Assembly: GCF_009914755.1 (NCBI RefSeq)
Contig: NC_060940.1
DNA length: 64,000 nt
DNA from: the human T2T-CHM13v2.0 reference genome, Homo sapiens
Direction: 5' to 3' (one strand)
Part shown: positions 16,328-31,929 of the stretch, piece after piece
Position numbering within the stretch: the first letter of the stretch is position 1
How the letters are laid out: each line of letters begins with the position of its first letter
Position numbers and translations under genes: made by a program
Notes under the pieces: generated by a model
Told to the model about the DNA's origin: nothing
What the model saw: only the letters and a program-made list of their open reading frames with translations
Database searches by the model: none

Positions 16328-16755
16328 CTAAAAAGAAAAAAGAATTACAAGTGTTAATTTTAAAATATGATTCATTAGGTAGAAACATTTGTGAAATGCT
16401 CTCAGAAAGAAAGAATATCACTTGCTAAAAAAAAATCAGATCGTTTTCCTGAGTAATAGTTACATTTTACATCCAACTGAACCATATTCAAAATCTAACA
16501 ATTTAAACAGTTACTTCATTATTTGGTTTAGATTTTAAGTAAAAACATATGAATGATTCCATATGAGTGATTAAAACAGACAACAGGTTTAAAAGGGAAT
16601 CAAATAAGTTATTGGTCATTTGTGGAGCTTAAAATTCCAGCTCACCTATTGCTTAATTTTAAAACAATGGAATTTAATTCAAAATAAATTATAATTTTTT
16701 CTTGCTATAAAACTCATGCACACCACACAATTTTTGAAAATAAAAATATATTTTA

Positions 16756-17085
<330 letters not shown>

Positions 17086-17264
17086 TCATAACCCATCCAG
17101 ATATAGGTAATAATAATTAACAGTTTGTTTATCAAACTCCCGCTTGGGGGAGTGGGCGTGGCCCAGCAGCAGGCGTGCCTTACTAGTGAAAAAGCTGGGG
17201 TTGGAGCTGGCACGGGGGGAGGTGTGGGGGGCCTAGGGGGCTCTGCTTGGACCTTCTGGGTGTC

Positions 17265-17370
17265 CTCCTGTGACCTCAGGTTCCTCACCTGTCTCAGAGG
17301 ACTGATGGGCTGCTATGGCAGGGTTGTTTGGAGGATTAAGACAGATAGTCCCGGTAAAGCCCCATTAGCC
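17265..17370 (+). mobile_element. MIR fragment
   Basis: CCTCAGGTTCCTCACCTGT..AGGGTTGTTTGGAGGATTAA. Confidence 0.6.
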
Positions 17371-17758
17371 ACACCCCCCCACTCCCCGCCCTCTGGATTT
17401 TTTTTTTTATTATTATTTTTCTGTCTTTCTGAGGAAACTTTCCAGAATGTGTCCAGGTGTTGAAGCGGGAAGGCTGGACACCCTCCCTTGGCGTCGCGGT
17501 TCCTTCCAGACGCCCCCTCTTCTTAGGCTTTTTTCAAGCGCACACCAGGCAACATGTGCTCTACCCAAGTGCGCTTCACAGATCTTCCTGTGGGTCTAAA
17601 ACCAGAACGCTTTCTTCCCTGACCCCTGCCCTCATATCACCTCAACCCCAAGTCTTTTGGCAGAGCCGGCTATGGACTCGAGTGTCAGTTTAATGCTTGT
17701 CCCCTAAGGTCTCTCCAGGGCTCTTAGGACGGTGTTAGGGTTAGGATTCGGGTTCAGG

Positions 17759-18638
<880 letters not shown>

Positions 18639-18926
18639 TAGGGTTAAGGTTGGTGTTAGGATTAGGGGTTAGGGGTTAGGGGTTAAGTTTAGGGTTAGGG
18701 GTTGGAGATAGGAGTTGGGGTCAGAGTTAGGGGTTAGGAGTCAACGTTTAGAGTTAGGGGTTAAGAGAGGTTAGGGGTTAGGTATTTGGGGTTAGGGTTG
18801 GGTTAGGGTGAGGGTTGGGGTTAGGGGTTAGGGTTAGGGTTAAGGGTTAGAGATTAGGGTTATGGTCAGGGGTTAGGGGTCAGGGGTCAGGGTCAGGGTC
18901 AGGAGTTAGGGGTCAGGGTCAGGGTT
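18639..18926 (+). repeat. Degenerate interstitial telomeric repeat (TTAGGG/TTAGGGG/TTGGGG/TCAGGG)
   Basis: Directly visible ~290 bp G-rich hexamer/heptamer array. Confidence 0.95.
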
Positions 18927-19562
18927 CCCACTCTGTTCCCTTTGCCATGCAAAAGCTATTTAGTTTAATTAAGTCGCAGCTATTTAGCTTTGTTTTTATT
19001 GCATTTGCATTTGGGTTCTTGGTCATGAAATCCTTGCCTATGCCAGTGTCTAGAAGGGTTTATCCAGTGTTACCTTCTAGAATTTTTATAGTTCAGGAAT
19101 TAGGTTTAAGTTCTTAATCCATCTTGAGTAGATTTTTGTGTAAGGTGAGAGATGAGAATCCAGTTTTATTCCCCTACATGTGGCTCGCCAATTATCCCAA
19201 CATCATGTGTTGAAAAGGGTGTCCTTTCCCCACTTTATGTTTTTGTTTACTTTGTCAAAGATCAGTTGGCTGTAAGTATTTGGGTTAATTTCTGGGTTCT
19301 CTTTTCTGTTCCATTGGTTTATGTGCCTATTTTTAAACCAGTACCATGCTGTTTTGGTAACTATGGCCTTACTGTACAGTTTGAAATCAAGTAGTGTGAT
19401 GCCTCCAGGTTTGCTCTTTTTGCTTAGCCTTGGTTTGGCTACATGGCTCTCTTTTGGTTCCATATTAATTTTAGAATTGTTTTTGTAGTTCTCTGAAGAA
19501 TGATGATGGTATTCAGATGGGGATTGCATTGAATTTGTAGATTGCCTTTAACAGAATGGTAA

Positions 19563-19817
<255 letters not shown>

Positions 19818-21158
19818 TGATTTCTTTCAGCAGTGTTTTGTAATTTTCATTGTAGAGGTCTTTTGATTCCTTTGTTAGGTATATTACTAAGTTTTTTTTG
19901 TTTGTTTTTTTTGTTTTTTGCAGCTATTGCAAAAGGGGTTGAGTTCTTGATGTGATTCTCTGCTTGGTAGCTGTTGATGTATAGAAGAGCTACTGATTTG
20001 TGTACAATAATCTTGTATCTGGAAACTGCAGAATTATTTTATCATTTCTAGGAGCTTTCTAGAAGAGTCCATAGGGTTTTCAAGGCAAAAGATCATATCG
20101 TCAGCAACCAGTGACAGTTTGACTTCCTCTTTACCGATTTGGATTTCCTCTATTTCCTTCTTTTGTCTGATTGCTCTGGCTAGGACTTCCAGTACTATGT
20201 TGAAGAGGAGTGGTGAGAGTAGGCTCCTCATCTTGTTGCAGTTCTCAAGGCAATGCTTTCACCTTTTCCCCATTCAGTATTATGTTGGCTGTGGGTTTGT
20301 CACAGATGGCTTTTATTACATTAAAGTATGTCCCTTGTATGCCTATTTTGCTGAGAGCTTTAATCATAAAGCAATGTTAGATTTTGTCAAATGCTTTTTC
20401 TGCATCTGTTGATATAATCATGTGAGTTTTTTTTTTAATTCTGTTTATTTGGTGTATCACATTTATTGACTTGCGTATGTTAAACCATTCCTGTATCACT
20501 GGTATGAAACCCAATTGATCATGGTGGATTATCTTTTTGATATGTTGTTGGATTCAGTTAGATAGTATTTTGTTAAGGATTTTGGCATCTGCGTTCATCA
20601 AGGATGTTGTTCTGTAGTTTTCATTTTTGGTTATGTCCTTTCATGGTTTTGGTATTAGGGTAATGCTGGCTTCATAGAATGAATCAGGGAGGGTTTCTTC
20701 TTTCTCTGTCTTGTGGAATAGTGTGAAAGGATTGGTATCATTTCTTCTTTGAATGAAAGAAGACATTCTTTGAATGTCTGGTAGAATTCTGCTGTGAATC
20801 TGTCTAGTCCTCGGCTTTTTTTGTTGGTAATTTTAATATTACCATTTCGATCTTGCTGCTTGCTTTATTGGTCTGCTTGGGGTATCTAATTCTTCCTGAT
20901 TTAAGCTAGGAGGGTTTTATTTTTCCAGGAATTTGTCCAACTCTTCTAGGTTTTCTAGTTCATGTGCCAAAGGTGTTCATAGTACCCTTGAATAATCTTT
21001 AATATTTCAGTGGTGTCAGTTGTAATATCCCCTGTTTCCTTCCTTAGTGAGGTTATTTGGATTTTCTCTCTTCTTTTCTTGGTTAATCTTGCTAATGGTC
21101 TATCGATTTTATTTATCTTTTCGAATAACCAACTTTTTGTTTTATTTATGGTTTGTAT

Positions 21159-21187
21159 TTGTTGTTGTTGTTGTTGTTGTTGTTGTG
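21159..21187 (+). repeat. (GTT)n microsatellite inside L1 ORF2
   Basis: About nine TTG units. Confidence 0.9.
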
Positions 21188-24100
21188 TCAATTTCATTTA
21201 GTTCTGCTCTGATCTTGGTTATTTCCTTTGTTTTCTGGGATTGGGTTTGGCTTGTTCCTGCTTCTCTAGTTCCCTGAGATGTGAACTTAGATTGTCTGTT
21301 TGTGCTCTTTCAGACTTTTTGACATAGGTGTTTAGGGCTACAAACTTTCCTCTTAGCACTGCCTTTGCTGTATCCCAGAGGTCTTGATAGGTTTTGTCAT
21401 CCAGTTCGAAGAAATTTTTTACATTTCCATCTTGATTTCATTTTTCACCCAATGCTCATTCAGGAGCAGGTTATTTAATTTCCATGTATTTGCATGGTTT
21501 TGAAGATTCCTTTTGGAGTTGATTTTCAGTTTTATTCCACTGTGATCTGAGAGAGTGCGTGATACAATTTCAATTTTCTTAAATTTATTGAGACTTGTTT
21601 TATGGCCTATCATATGGTCTATCTTGGAGAAAATTCCATGTGCTGTGGAATAGAATGTGTATTCTGTGGTTGTTGGATGAAATGTTCTGTATATATCTGT
21701 TAAGTCCATTTGTTCCAAAGTATAGTTTAAATCCAGTGTTTCTTTGTGGACTTTCTGTCTTGATGAACTGTCTAGTGCTGTCAGTGGAGTATTGAAGGCC
21801 CCCACTATTATTGTGTTGCTGTCTATCTCATTTCTTATGTCTACTAGTAATTGTTTTATAAATTTGGGAGCTCCAGTGTTAGGTTCATGTTTGTTTAGGA
21901 TTGTCATATTTTTCTGTTGGATGAGGCCTTTACCATTATATACTGTCTGTCTTTGTCTCTTTTAGCTACTGTTGCTTTAAAGTTTGTTTTTTCTCATATG
22001 AGAATAGCTACCGCTGTTCACTTTTGGTGTCCATTTGCATGAAATGCCTTTTTCTACCACTTTCCTTAAGTTTATGTAAGTTGTTATGTGTTAGGTGAGT
22101 CTCCTGAAGGCAGCAGATAGTTAGTTGGTGAGTTCTTATCCATTCTGTGGTTCTGTATCTTGTAAGCGGAGCATTTAAGCCATTTACAACCAACATTACT
22201 ATTAAAAAGTGGGGTACCATTGCTTTCATCATGCTGTTTGTTGCCTCTGTACATTGTTTTTGTTTTCTGTTTTTGCTTTTTCACTTGTATTTTTGTTTTA
22301 TAGGTCTTGTGTGATTTATGCTTTAATGAAGTTCTGTTTTGATGTGTTTCCAGGATTTGTTTCATGATTTAGAGCCCCTTTTAGCAGTTTTTACAGTGCT
22401 GGTTTGGTAATAGCAAATTCTGTCAGCATTTGTTTGTCTGAAAATGACTGTATCTTTCCTTCATATATGATGTTTAGTTTTGCTGGATTCAAAATTCTTG
22501 GCTGATAATTGTTTTGTTTGAGGAGGCTGAAGAAAGGACCCCAATCCCATCTAGCTTGTAAGGTTTCTGCTGCAAAATCTGCTGTTAGTTTGATAGGTCT
22601 TCCTTTATAGGTTACCTAGTGCTTCTGTCTCACAGCTCTTAAGATTCTTTCCTTTGTCTTAACTTTGGATAACCTAATGACAATGTGCCTAGGCTAAGAT
22701 CTTTTTGTGATGAATTTCCCAGGTGTTATTTGTGCTTCTTGTATTTGGATGTCTAGGTCTCTCACAAGGCCATGGAAATTTTCATTGATTATTCCCCCAA
22801 ATATGTTTTCCTGGCTTTTAGAATTCACTTATTCCTCAGGTACACCAATTAGTCTTAGGTTTCATCGTTTAACAGAATGCCAGACTCCTTGGAGGCTTTG
22901 CTCATATTTTCTTATTCTTTTTTCTTTGTCTTTATTGGATTGGGTTAAATCAAAGACCTTGTCTTCGAATTCTGAATTTCTTTCTTCTACTTGTTCAATT
23001 CTATTGCTGAGACTTTCCAGAGCATTTCACATTTCTAAAAGTGCGTCCAAAGTTTCCTGATTTTTTTTTATTTAAGTTATCTATTTCCTTGAATGTTTCT
23101 CCCTTCACTTATTGTATTATTTTTTGGATTTTCTTGCATTGGGCTTCACTTTTCTCTGGCCCCTCCCTGATTAGTTTAATAACTAACCTGAATTCTTTTT
23201 CAGATAAATCAGTGATTTCTTCTTTGTCTGGTTCCATTGGTGATGAACTGGTGTGATTCTTTGGGGGTGTTGAAGAGTCTTGTTTTGTCAGATTACCAGG
23301 GTTGGTTTTCTGGTTCCTTCTCATTTTGGTAGACTCTGTCAGAGGAAAGGTCTAGGGCTGAAGACTGTTGTTCAGACTCTTTGGTCGCATGGAGTGTTCC
23401 CTTGACGTAGTACTCTCCCCCTTTTCCTATGGGCATGGCTTCCTGTGAGCCGAAGTGCATTGATTGTTGTCTCTCTTCTGGGTCTAGCCACCCAGCAGGT
23501 CTACCTGGCTTTCGGCTGGTACTAGGGGTTGTCTGCATAGAGCCCTGTGATGTGAACCATCTATGGGTCTCTCAGCCATGGATACCAGAGCCTGTTCCAG
23601 TGGATGTGGTGAAGGGTGCAGTAGATTCTGTGAGGGTCCTTAGCTTTAGTGGTTTAATGCTCTATATTTGTGCTGGTTGGCCTACTGCTAGGAGGTGGTG
23701 CTTTCCAGAAAGCATCAGCTGTAGTAGTGTGGAGGCACTGGCAGTGGGCAGGGACCTAGGACTCCCAAGATTATATGTCCTTTGTCTTCCACTACCAACT
23801 TAAACATTTGTGACAATTTCAATATCAGAAATTGATGTGTAATCGAATTTATTCTGGTAGCCTAAATTCTGGTAGCTTATTTTCTTATATCTTCAATCTT
23901 TATAATTTAGTTCTCACATGAGGGAGATCTAATATTGGAAATATTTTCAATCTGTATGTTTATGTATTTATTCTAGTTGTCCTGGCACAAGGTTATCAAT
24001 GTTGCTGTGTGACCAGCCATTGGCTTTTCACATTTACAACTCCTCTGAATTTTTTCTTGCCTCATTTCTGGCACTGGGAAATTCTGATATTTTCTCCTCA

Positions 24101-24387
24101 TCTCCATTGTACATTTTAGGGATTCTTGAAACTTTTGATGCACAAACATCCACACTTTCTGCATAAGTAAAATATTTTACTTAGATATTTTCTAGCGGAC
24201 ACTGAGTTCTCATGAGAAATCCTGTCTCTTTATTTGGAACACCCCCTCCCCAATATTCCATATGGAGTAGTTTTGTGTAGAAAGTGATTACTTCATTAAT
24301 ATGTCAAAGTATGGATACATTTTGAACACATTTCTGAAGTTGTAATACCTTTATTGATGAATAGTACCTGCGCATGACCAGAATTGT

Positions 24388-24512
24388 GTTTTTAGTAGAT
24401 ACGGGGTTTCACCCTGTTAGCCAGGATAGCCTCGATCTCCTGACCTCGTGATCCGCCTGCCTCAGCCTCCCAAAGTGCTGGGATTACAGGCGTGAGCCAC
24501 CGTGCCTGGCCA
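24388..24512 (-). mobile_element. Half Alu (left arm only, AluY/Sc-like)
   Basis: Begins abruptly at the mid A-rich linker; right arm and tail absent. Confidence 0.85.
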
Positions 24513-24514
24513 AT

Positions 24515-24790
24515 CACATCATTCTTGTATTCACCTAGTGGTCGCTGTGTACCTCCCACGTCAGGCACTGTACTACCAGACACTGAGGATCCGGTGGGGA
24601 GCGAGAGGGACTTTAAGGACTGAGTCAGTAGGACATGGGCTGGTGGGATAGGGAAGGATGAGGGAGACAGAGGGTCAGATGATCCCCATGTTTCTGCCTG
24701 GGGCACCTGAAGGGAAGTCAGAAAGGAAGCCAGGTTGAAGAGTGATGACAATGAGTTTTGTGTTTGGTCTGCAGGACAGAGATGCCGGGC
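24515..24790 (-). mobile_element. L2 fragments
   Basis: GTACCTCCCACGTCAGGCACTGTACTA and GATGACAATGAGTTTTGTGTTTGG resemble L2. Confidence 0.5.
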
Positions 24791-25339
24791 TGCAGGGAGG
24801 ACAGGTAGGAGGTGTGTGTCACAGGTAAAGGCAATTGCTCTGTGGGCCTGGGGTTTGATGGGAAGAGACGCTAAATCATGGTTCATGATTCTTTCTCAAA
24901 ATTGTAATGCAAAGAGCCCTCATTGAATCTGCATTTTATAGCATGTACTGTGCAAGTTTCGGGGGTATCAGGAAGAAGAAACATGCTCCTTTGTCTCCTG
25001 AAGCTCACAGGCTAGTGGACATGGCAGACATGTAAGAGAAGGGAGAAGAGGTCAGTCCACAGAGAACAGCTTTGGGTTTACCTCTGATGCTGGCCCTGAC
25101 CCAGATCAACCAAACCTAATGGAAACAGAGAGCTGAGAAAGCAGGAGAGTTGAGCTCACTGATGCTCGGATTTTACAGATGAATCTGGAGGCGGTTTCTC
25201 CCAGTGCTGACATCCAGGCACTGCGGGTGCCACAGAGAAACATGGAAGGGCCTTCTGGAGAACACCACACCCGGCATCCTTCCCCCTTTTAGAACTGGAG
25301 CGAGACAACCATGTGTGTCATCACTACTTTCTTTACAGT

Positions 25340-25485
25340 GTCGGTCTAACACCGTAATGGTCTGACAGTCCTGCAGGCTGGAAGCCCAGGATCACGGTGC
25401 CAGCAAGGTTGGTTTCTTCCAAGGCCTCTCTTCTGGGTGGTGGCCTCACGTGGCCTTTTCTCTGTGGGCACGTGCCCTTGGTGCT
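25340..25485 (-). mobile_element. MLT1 (MaLR) LTR fragment
   Basis: CAGTCCTGCAGGCTGGAAGCCCAGGATCACGGTGCCAGCAAGGTTGGTTTCTTC. Confidence 0.6.
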
Positions 25486-25766
25486 TCCCACCACTTTTTT
25501 CCAAGTTCACGCTGATCCCTTGAATCAGTTATCACTCCCCCACTTGTTTTCCAGCTTCTGTGATGTTCCTGGCAGGCGCTCCTCTCACTCTCTGCTGTGA
25601 ACTCTTCCCTTTTACATCTGCAATCCCTTTGCATTCCTTTCAGTGGTGTTTGGAGGAGAAGCAAGGGCTGAAGTTGTTCCCACTCATGTCTTTCGCCCCC
25701 CAGGTGCCCCTGATGTTTCAGCTCCCAGTGGTGCCTGCAGGGAGATCCCTCTGTATTTCATAATAT

Positions 25767-26077
<311 letters not shown>

Positions 26078-26229
26078 ACACTTTTTTTTTTTTAGTTTCC
26101 TTGTAGTACTGCTTGGGCTACATGGCTTAAGCTTTTGTACATAGTTTTCATTGTTTGGTTCTAAATGCTTTTAGATTTTCATTCTAATTCTTCTCGGACC
26201 AGTGCATTTTTTTTTAATTTAAAAAATAA

Positions 26230-26377
<148 letters not shown>

Positions 26378-26616
26378 TAAATTTCCAAACCTAGGGGAGC
26401 CCTTAATTTTAGTTTGGTTGCCAATTTATGCCTTTATTCTGTTGCATCAAGAACATGGCTGGTGTGATGCAAGTTCTTTTGCTATTTGTTGAGTCTTGTT
26501 TTGCAGCCTAGGACATGGTGAGTGTTAGTAAATGTCCAAGGTGAACTTGAAAACAATGTGTAGTCTGTAGTTTTTGGGTGTCCACTAAATCAAGTTTGTT
26601 CAACTTTTCCATATTC

Positions 26617-26906
26617 TTTTTTTTTATTTTTATTTTTTGACAGAGTCTCACTCTGTTGCCCAGGCTGGAGTGCAGGGGCACGATCTCAGCTCACTGAAAC
26701 CTCAAGTTCAAGTGATTCTCCTGCCTCAGCCACCCAAGTAGCTGGGATTACAGGCATGAGCCACCACATCTGGCTCATTTTTGTATTTTTTTATTTTAGT
26801 TTCAGCATGTTGGCCAAGCTGGTCCCAAACTCCCGACCTCAAGTAATCTGCCTGCCTTCGCCTCCCAAAGTGTTGGGATTACAAGCATGAAACACTATGC
26901 CTGGCC
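26617..26906 (-). mobile_element. AluS with small deletions
   Basis: Antisense dimeric Alu within old L1M sequence. Confidence 0.85.
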
Positions 26907-27089
26907 TAATTTTTCTATATTCTTCCTAATTGAGTCTGCTTAAACGAGCAGTTCCAGTGAGAAGTGGTATAATTTCCTGCGTAGAGAATGTGCTCATTTA
27001 TTAATTTTTCCTTTTCTTGACACTTTTTTGTTTTGTAGTCATTTGAGGCTCTATTGTTATGCAGGCACACACAAGATCAGAATGGCTAA

Positions 27090-27393
<304 letters not shown>

Positions 27394-28169
27394 TAATTAA
27401 ATTATTTATGTATTTATTCTTTTTCCCCCACCCCTCCCCCACCAGTGAATGCTTTGGAATGAATACTCATCAGTATGCTGCAACCACTTTTAATCCTAAT
27501 AATGATTTTGCCCTGGAGCCTACTTTGTGCGATATGAGCTTCTCTCCACTAGCTTCCTTTTGGATGGTCTTTGCCAGATGTGTCTCCTTCTATCTGTAGT
27601 AATTAGAGCCATTCCAACTATGTGTCAAAAATAAACAAAAGGGGCTTATGACCAAGCATGGGCGACTTACACAATCGTCAAAAGAAATGGAAGAACAACT
27701 CCCAGCCCTCCGAATCAGCCACCTCCTGGGATCAGGAATAAATCCTAATCTCAAAATACAGGTAAACAGTCTACCTCCTGTCCCCTAAATGAGATGCCAA
27801 GCATGCCCCTCCCCTCAGCCAGGCTGTCTCCATCCAAACTTCAATGACCACTGGCCTCCCTGCTGACCCATGTCCCACTGAGGAGCCCCAAGCTCTGAAC
27901 CAACTGCCTACGCACCATCCCCTCGGGCTGCACCTGCTCCCCAGGCCTGCCCCTCCTTTGGAGCTGCCTCTGTCCACCAAGGGTGCTGTCGCTCACCTAA
28001 CCTTCCAACCAGAACCCAGTGGTACCTTGCTGCCCCCTCCACTCCCTGAAGAAGCTGCCCCCATGCCTGTCAAGTTCTTCCAACTGCTCAAACCTTCTGG
28101 AACTCCAGGCCTCAGCATGTCTTGTCTGGGTGGCTGCAATGGCTAAGCTTGCTTCTCTGTCTCTCTCCA

Positions 28170-28680
28170 TCAGTCAGTCACCCAATCAATCGATCAGTCA
28201 TCTATCAATCAGCTATCCACCTATTAATCTATAATCAGTAATCTATTAATCTATATAATTTACTTCTATAATCAATCATTGATCTATCCCATGTATCTTC
28301 CTATCTATCCTTTATCATGTTTATCCATCTATCTATCATTTATGCCTCTATCATGTCTATCTTTCAATAATTTATCTATCACCAGGCACAGTAGCATGTG
28401 CCTGTAGTCCCAGTAACTCAGGAGGCTGAGGCAGGAGGACTGCTTGATGCTAGCAGATCAAGTCCAGACTGGGCAAGATAGTGAGATCTCATCTCTAAAA
28501 AAAATTTTTAAATCATCTATCATCGCTCTCTATTCATCTATCTATCCATGTATCTATCATGTATTTTATCTGTCACTTAGCACCTATGAATCATCCATCA
28601 TCTATCAATCAATTATCTATATCATGTCTATATATCTATATATCTATGTATCAATTTATCCATCAATCATCTATCTGTCT
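28170..28680 (+). repeat. Degenerate (TCTA/TCAA)n low-complexity tract with an Alu monomer at ~28381-28505
   Basis: Repeated ATCT/TATC units flanking an Alu fragment. Confidence 0.8.
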
Positions 28681-28797
28681 GTTTTTGAGGCGATATTCAC
28701 AAAATATACAATCAATCCCTTTAAAGTGCACAATTCAGTGGCATTTAGTATGCTCTATAGTTCCAGAACATTTTCTTCGAAATAAAAAGAAACGCGA

Positions 28798-29108
28798 GGC
28801 TGAGTGTGGTGGCTCATGCCTGTAATCCAGCACTGTGGGAGGCTGAGGCAGGACGATCACTTGAGCTCAGCAGTTTGAGACCAGCCTGGGCAACATAGTG
28901 AGATCCTGTCTACAAAAAAAAAAAATCACAAAATTAGTAGGGTATGGTGGCACACGCCTGTGGTTCCAGCTACTCAGGAGGCTGGGGCAGGATTGCTTGA
29001 GCCCGGGAGATCAAGGCTGCAGTGAGTTATGACTGCACCGCTGCATTCCAGCCTGGGTGACACGGTGAGGCCCTGTCTGTCTCATTAAAAAATAAAAAAT
29101 AAATACAA
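28798..29108 (+). mobile_element. AluJ inserted in an old L1M 3' fragment
   Basis: GATCACTTGAGCTCAGCAG and GGATTGCTTGAGCCCGGGAGATCAAGGCTGCAG; L1M motifs at 28680-28780 and 29120-29380. Confidence 0.85.
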
Positions 29109-31024
29109 AATTTTTTAAAAAGGACTGCCCCTGCCCCATTTTCCTTCCCCTGCCCCAGCCTCTGACACCCACTCATCTGCTTTCTGTCCCGATGAGCCTA
29201 TTCTGGACATTTGTGTCTGGCTTCTTTCACCCAGCACGAACTCTTTGAGGTCTATCCGTCGTGTTATGGTGGAATGGCACCACGCCTTACGGACAGGCTG
29301 TTTGTCCATTTGTCTGTTGATGAATACTCAGGCTGTCCCACCTTTGGGAGGCTATGGCCATCCATGCATAAAGGTATGGCCGCACAGCTGTTCTCAGTTC
29401 TCATGCCTCTGAGGCCAGATGGGCTGCCACACCCTATTCCCACCAGCCACCCTCACATGCAGCCAAGTGGCCTGCAGTACTCGACACTGCTTCCCTGTTG
29501 CTGAAAGCTCCTCGGTGGCCTCTGGGCTAAGTCCTGTCTCTGTAGTGTGGCCTCCAAGGCCCGCCAGCTGCAGCCCTCCCTTCCCCTGCCCTCCCTTCCC
29601 CTGCATGCAGCACGAACACCCTGCAATGTGCTCCCAGTTCCCCCCAGGCCCCTGCACAAGTGGCCTCCTCTCCCTAGAAGGGCCAGCAGCACCCTGTGTG
29701 GCAGCTTAGACATCCTTTCTCTTGCCTTCGTGCTCCTCCCACAGGGACCAGCATGATCCCGTCCCCTAGTCCTATTTGGGCTCAGCCAGTATTTCTGTGC
29801 AATGTTGTTGCAGGTTCTGCCCCGCCACCGTCACAGGAATCCTAAGAACATTGGCGTGAGGCTCGGTGGAGGGCATGTTGGGCCATGTCTTCTGGTGACT
29901 TTCCCCCACGGAAGGGCTTGGGGATCAGGCCCACTCCTTTCCCAAACTCACTCTTTCCCCCACAGGCAACCCACTCCCTCTCCTCCATCTCACCCCAAGA
30001 CCCGCAGCAGACACCACCAGACTCTGAGGCAGGGAGGAAGGACTGCATTTGCCAATGGAGGCTTTTACTGGGGGGGACTCGGGATGGCGCCCGGCCTGAG
30101 GGCTGAGGGCCCGGGAAAGGCACACGGTGGCGGTGGGGTCTCTCTCAGGAAGGCGCTGGCTCTGCAGACAGCTCCGCCTGGTGACCCCTCTTTGGCACTG
30201 AGCTGGGAACATGGTGTCCGCACTCCCGGCTAGCAAGCAGAGGCCCGTGTGGTCAGGTGGCGGCTGGCAGTGTAGGCTGGCGGGGTGACGGCCACAGGGG
30301 CTGGGTTTGACACCAGTGGGAGCCGGGGCCCTAGGGGACTCAGAGGCTGGGCAGCCCCCGCTGCTGGCAGGGTAGTCACATTGGCCACGGAGATGGCTAC
30401 GAATAGGGAATCCAATAAATTAGGCTGTAGAAAGAGGAGGTGAGGGGCCGAGGGGGCGGGGCCTACATTCTCGCTCGGCAGGCAGTGCTGTGCGTCCCTC
30501 TCCCGTGGGATCTTCGGGGCTCTTGTGGGGGAGAGGATGCCGGTGAGGCGCTCTGTGTGACCGTGGGTACCACTGGGTGGCTTTTATGGCATCGCATGGG
30601 ATGGGAGCCTTGGCTGGCCACCCTCAGGGGATGGATCGTGGGGTCTTTGAGAGACTGACGAGGAGGGATGCCACCTGCAGCGCCAGGGGCTGTGGCCTGA
30701 GGGGCTCCTGGGGCTCGGCTGCGCTGCTGTGCGGCCAGCACTGGGCCCCTTGCACTCCAGCTTCCTCCACGGAGCAAAGTAGAGGACTCACTGCCCTGGA
30801 CAGGGCCCAGTAACTGTGGAACAGCCCCCCCCCCAGGGAGTGGGAGGGACAGGGCGAGGGTTACGCAGGGCGCCACCCTCCTCATCTACTTTCCCGAGGT
30901 CGGGAAGGGTCTTCTAGGAGGAGGGGCCAGGCATGCAGGGGCGGGGTGCGTGCGCAGGTGGGTGCTGCTATCTCCTTCATGTGATCCGAGCTTGGGGGCG
31001 GGGCAGGGGCTGGGGAGAGTGGTG

Positions 31025-31545
<521 letters not shown>

Positions 31546-31694
31546 CTGGGGGTCTGGGCCGAGAGGAGAGTCTGTGCATCCTCCAGGGCCCAACACCCCA
31601 GCCTGGCTCAGGCTTCACTGAGCCCAGGCCTCCCCACAGCTGCTACTTCTCCTTCCAGGGGACCCCAGGGAGCCTGCCGGCCTGGAGTGCTCAC

Positions 31695-31779
31695 CTGTGG
31701 TAGAACATGCGGGCCATGCCGATTCTCTGCTTCTCGCCACCCGGCGGGACGTCCTTCCAGTCACACATAGCCTCCTAAC
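31695..31779 (-). pseudogene. ABCD1P: ABCD1 exon 8 paralog (85 bp) with premature stop
   Basis: G*EAMCDWKDVPPGGEKQRIGMARMFYH; TAG at 31775-31777. Confidence 0.93.
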
Positions 31780-31929
31780 CTAGGCAGGGGCAATGGTCTT
31801 GGCTCAGTTCCACCAGTACCCAGACCTGGGGGCCAGCCGGGGAGCTGGGGCAGCTGTGGGAATGAGCTAGCTGTGACGACAGGGCCCCTGTGCCTCTGCG
31901 CCCTTGTCTGTCTGACAGACATTAATTAT

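Noticed and set aside
20955-21197. Polyglutamine protein (QQQQQQQQQ)
   Set aside because: It is a (CAA)n microsatellite within dead L1 ORF2.
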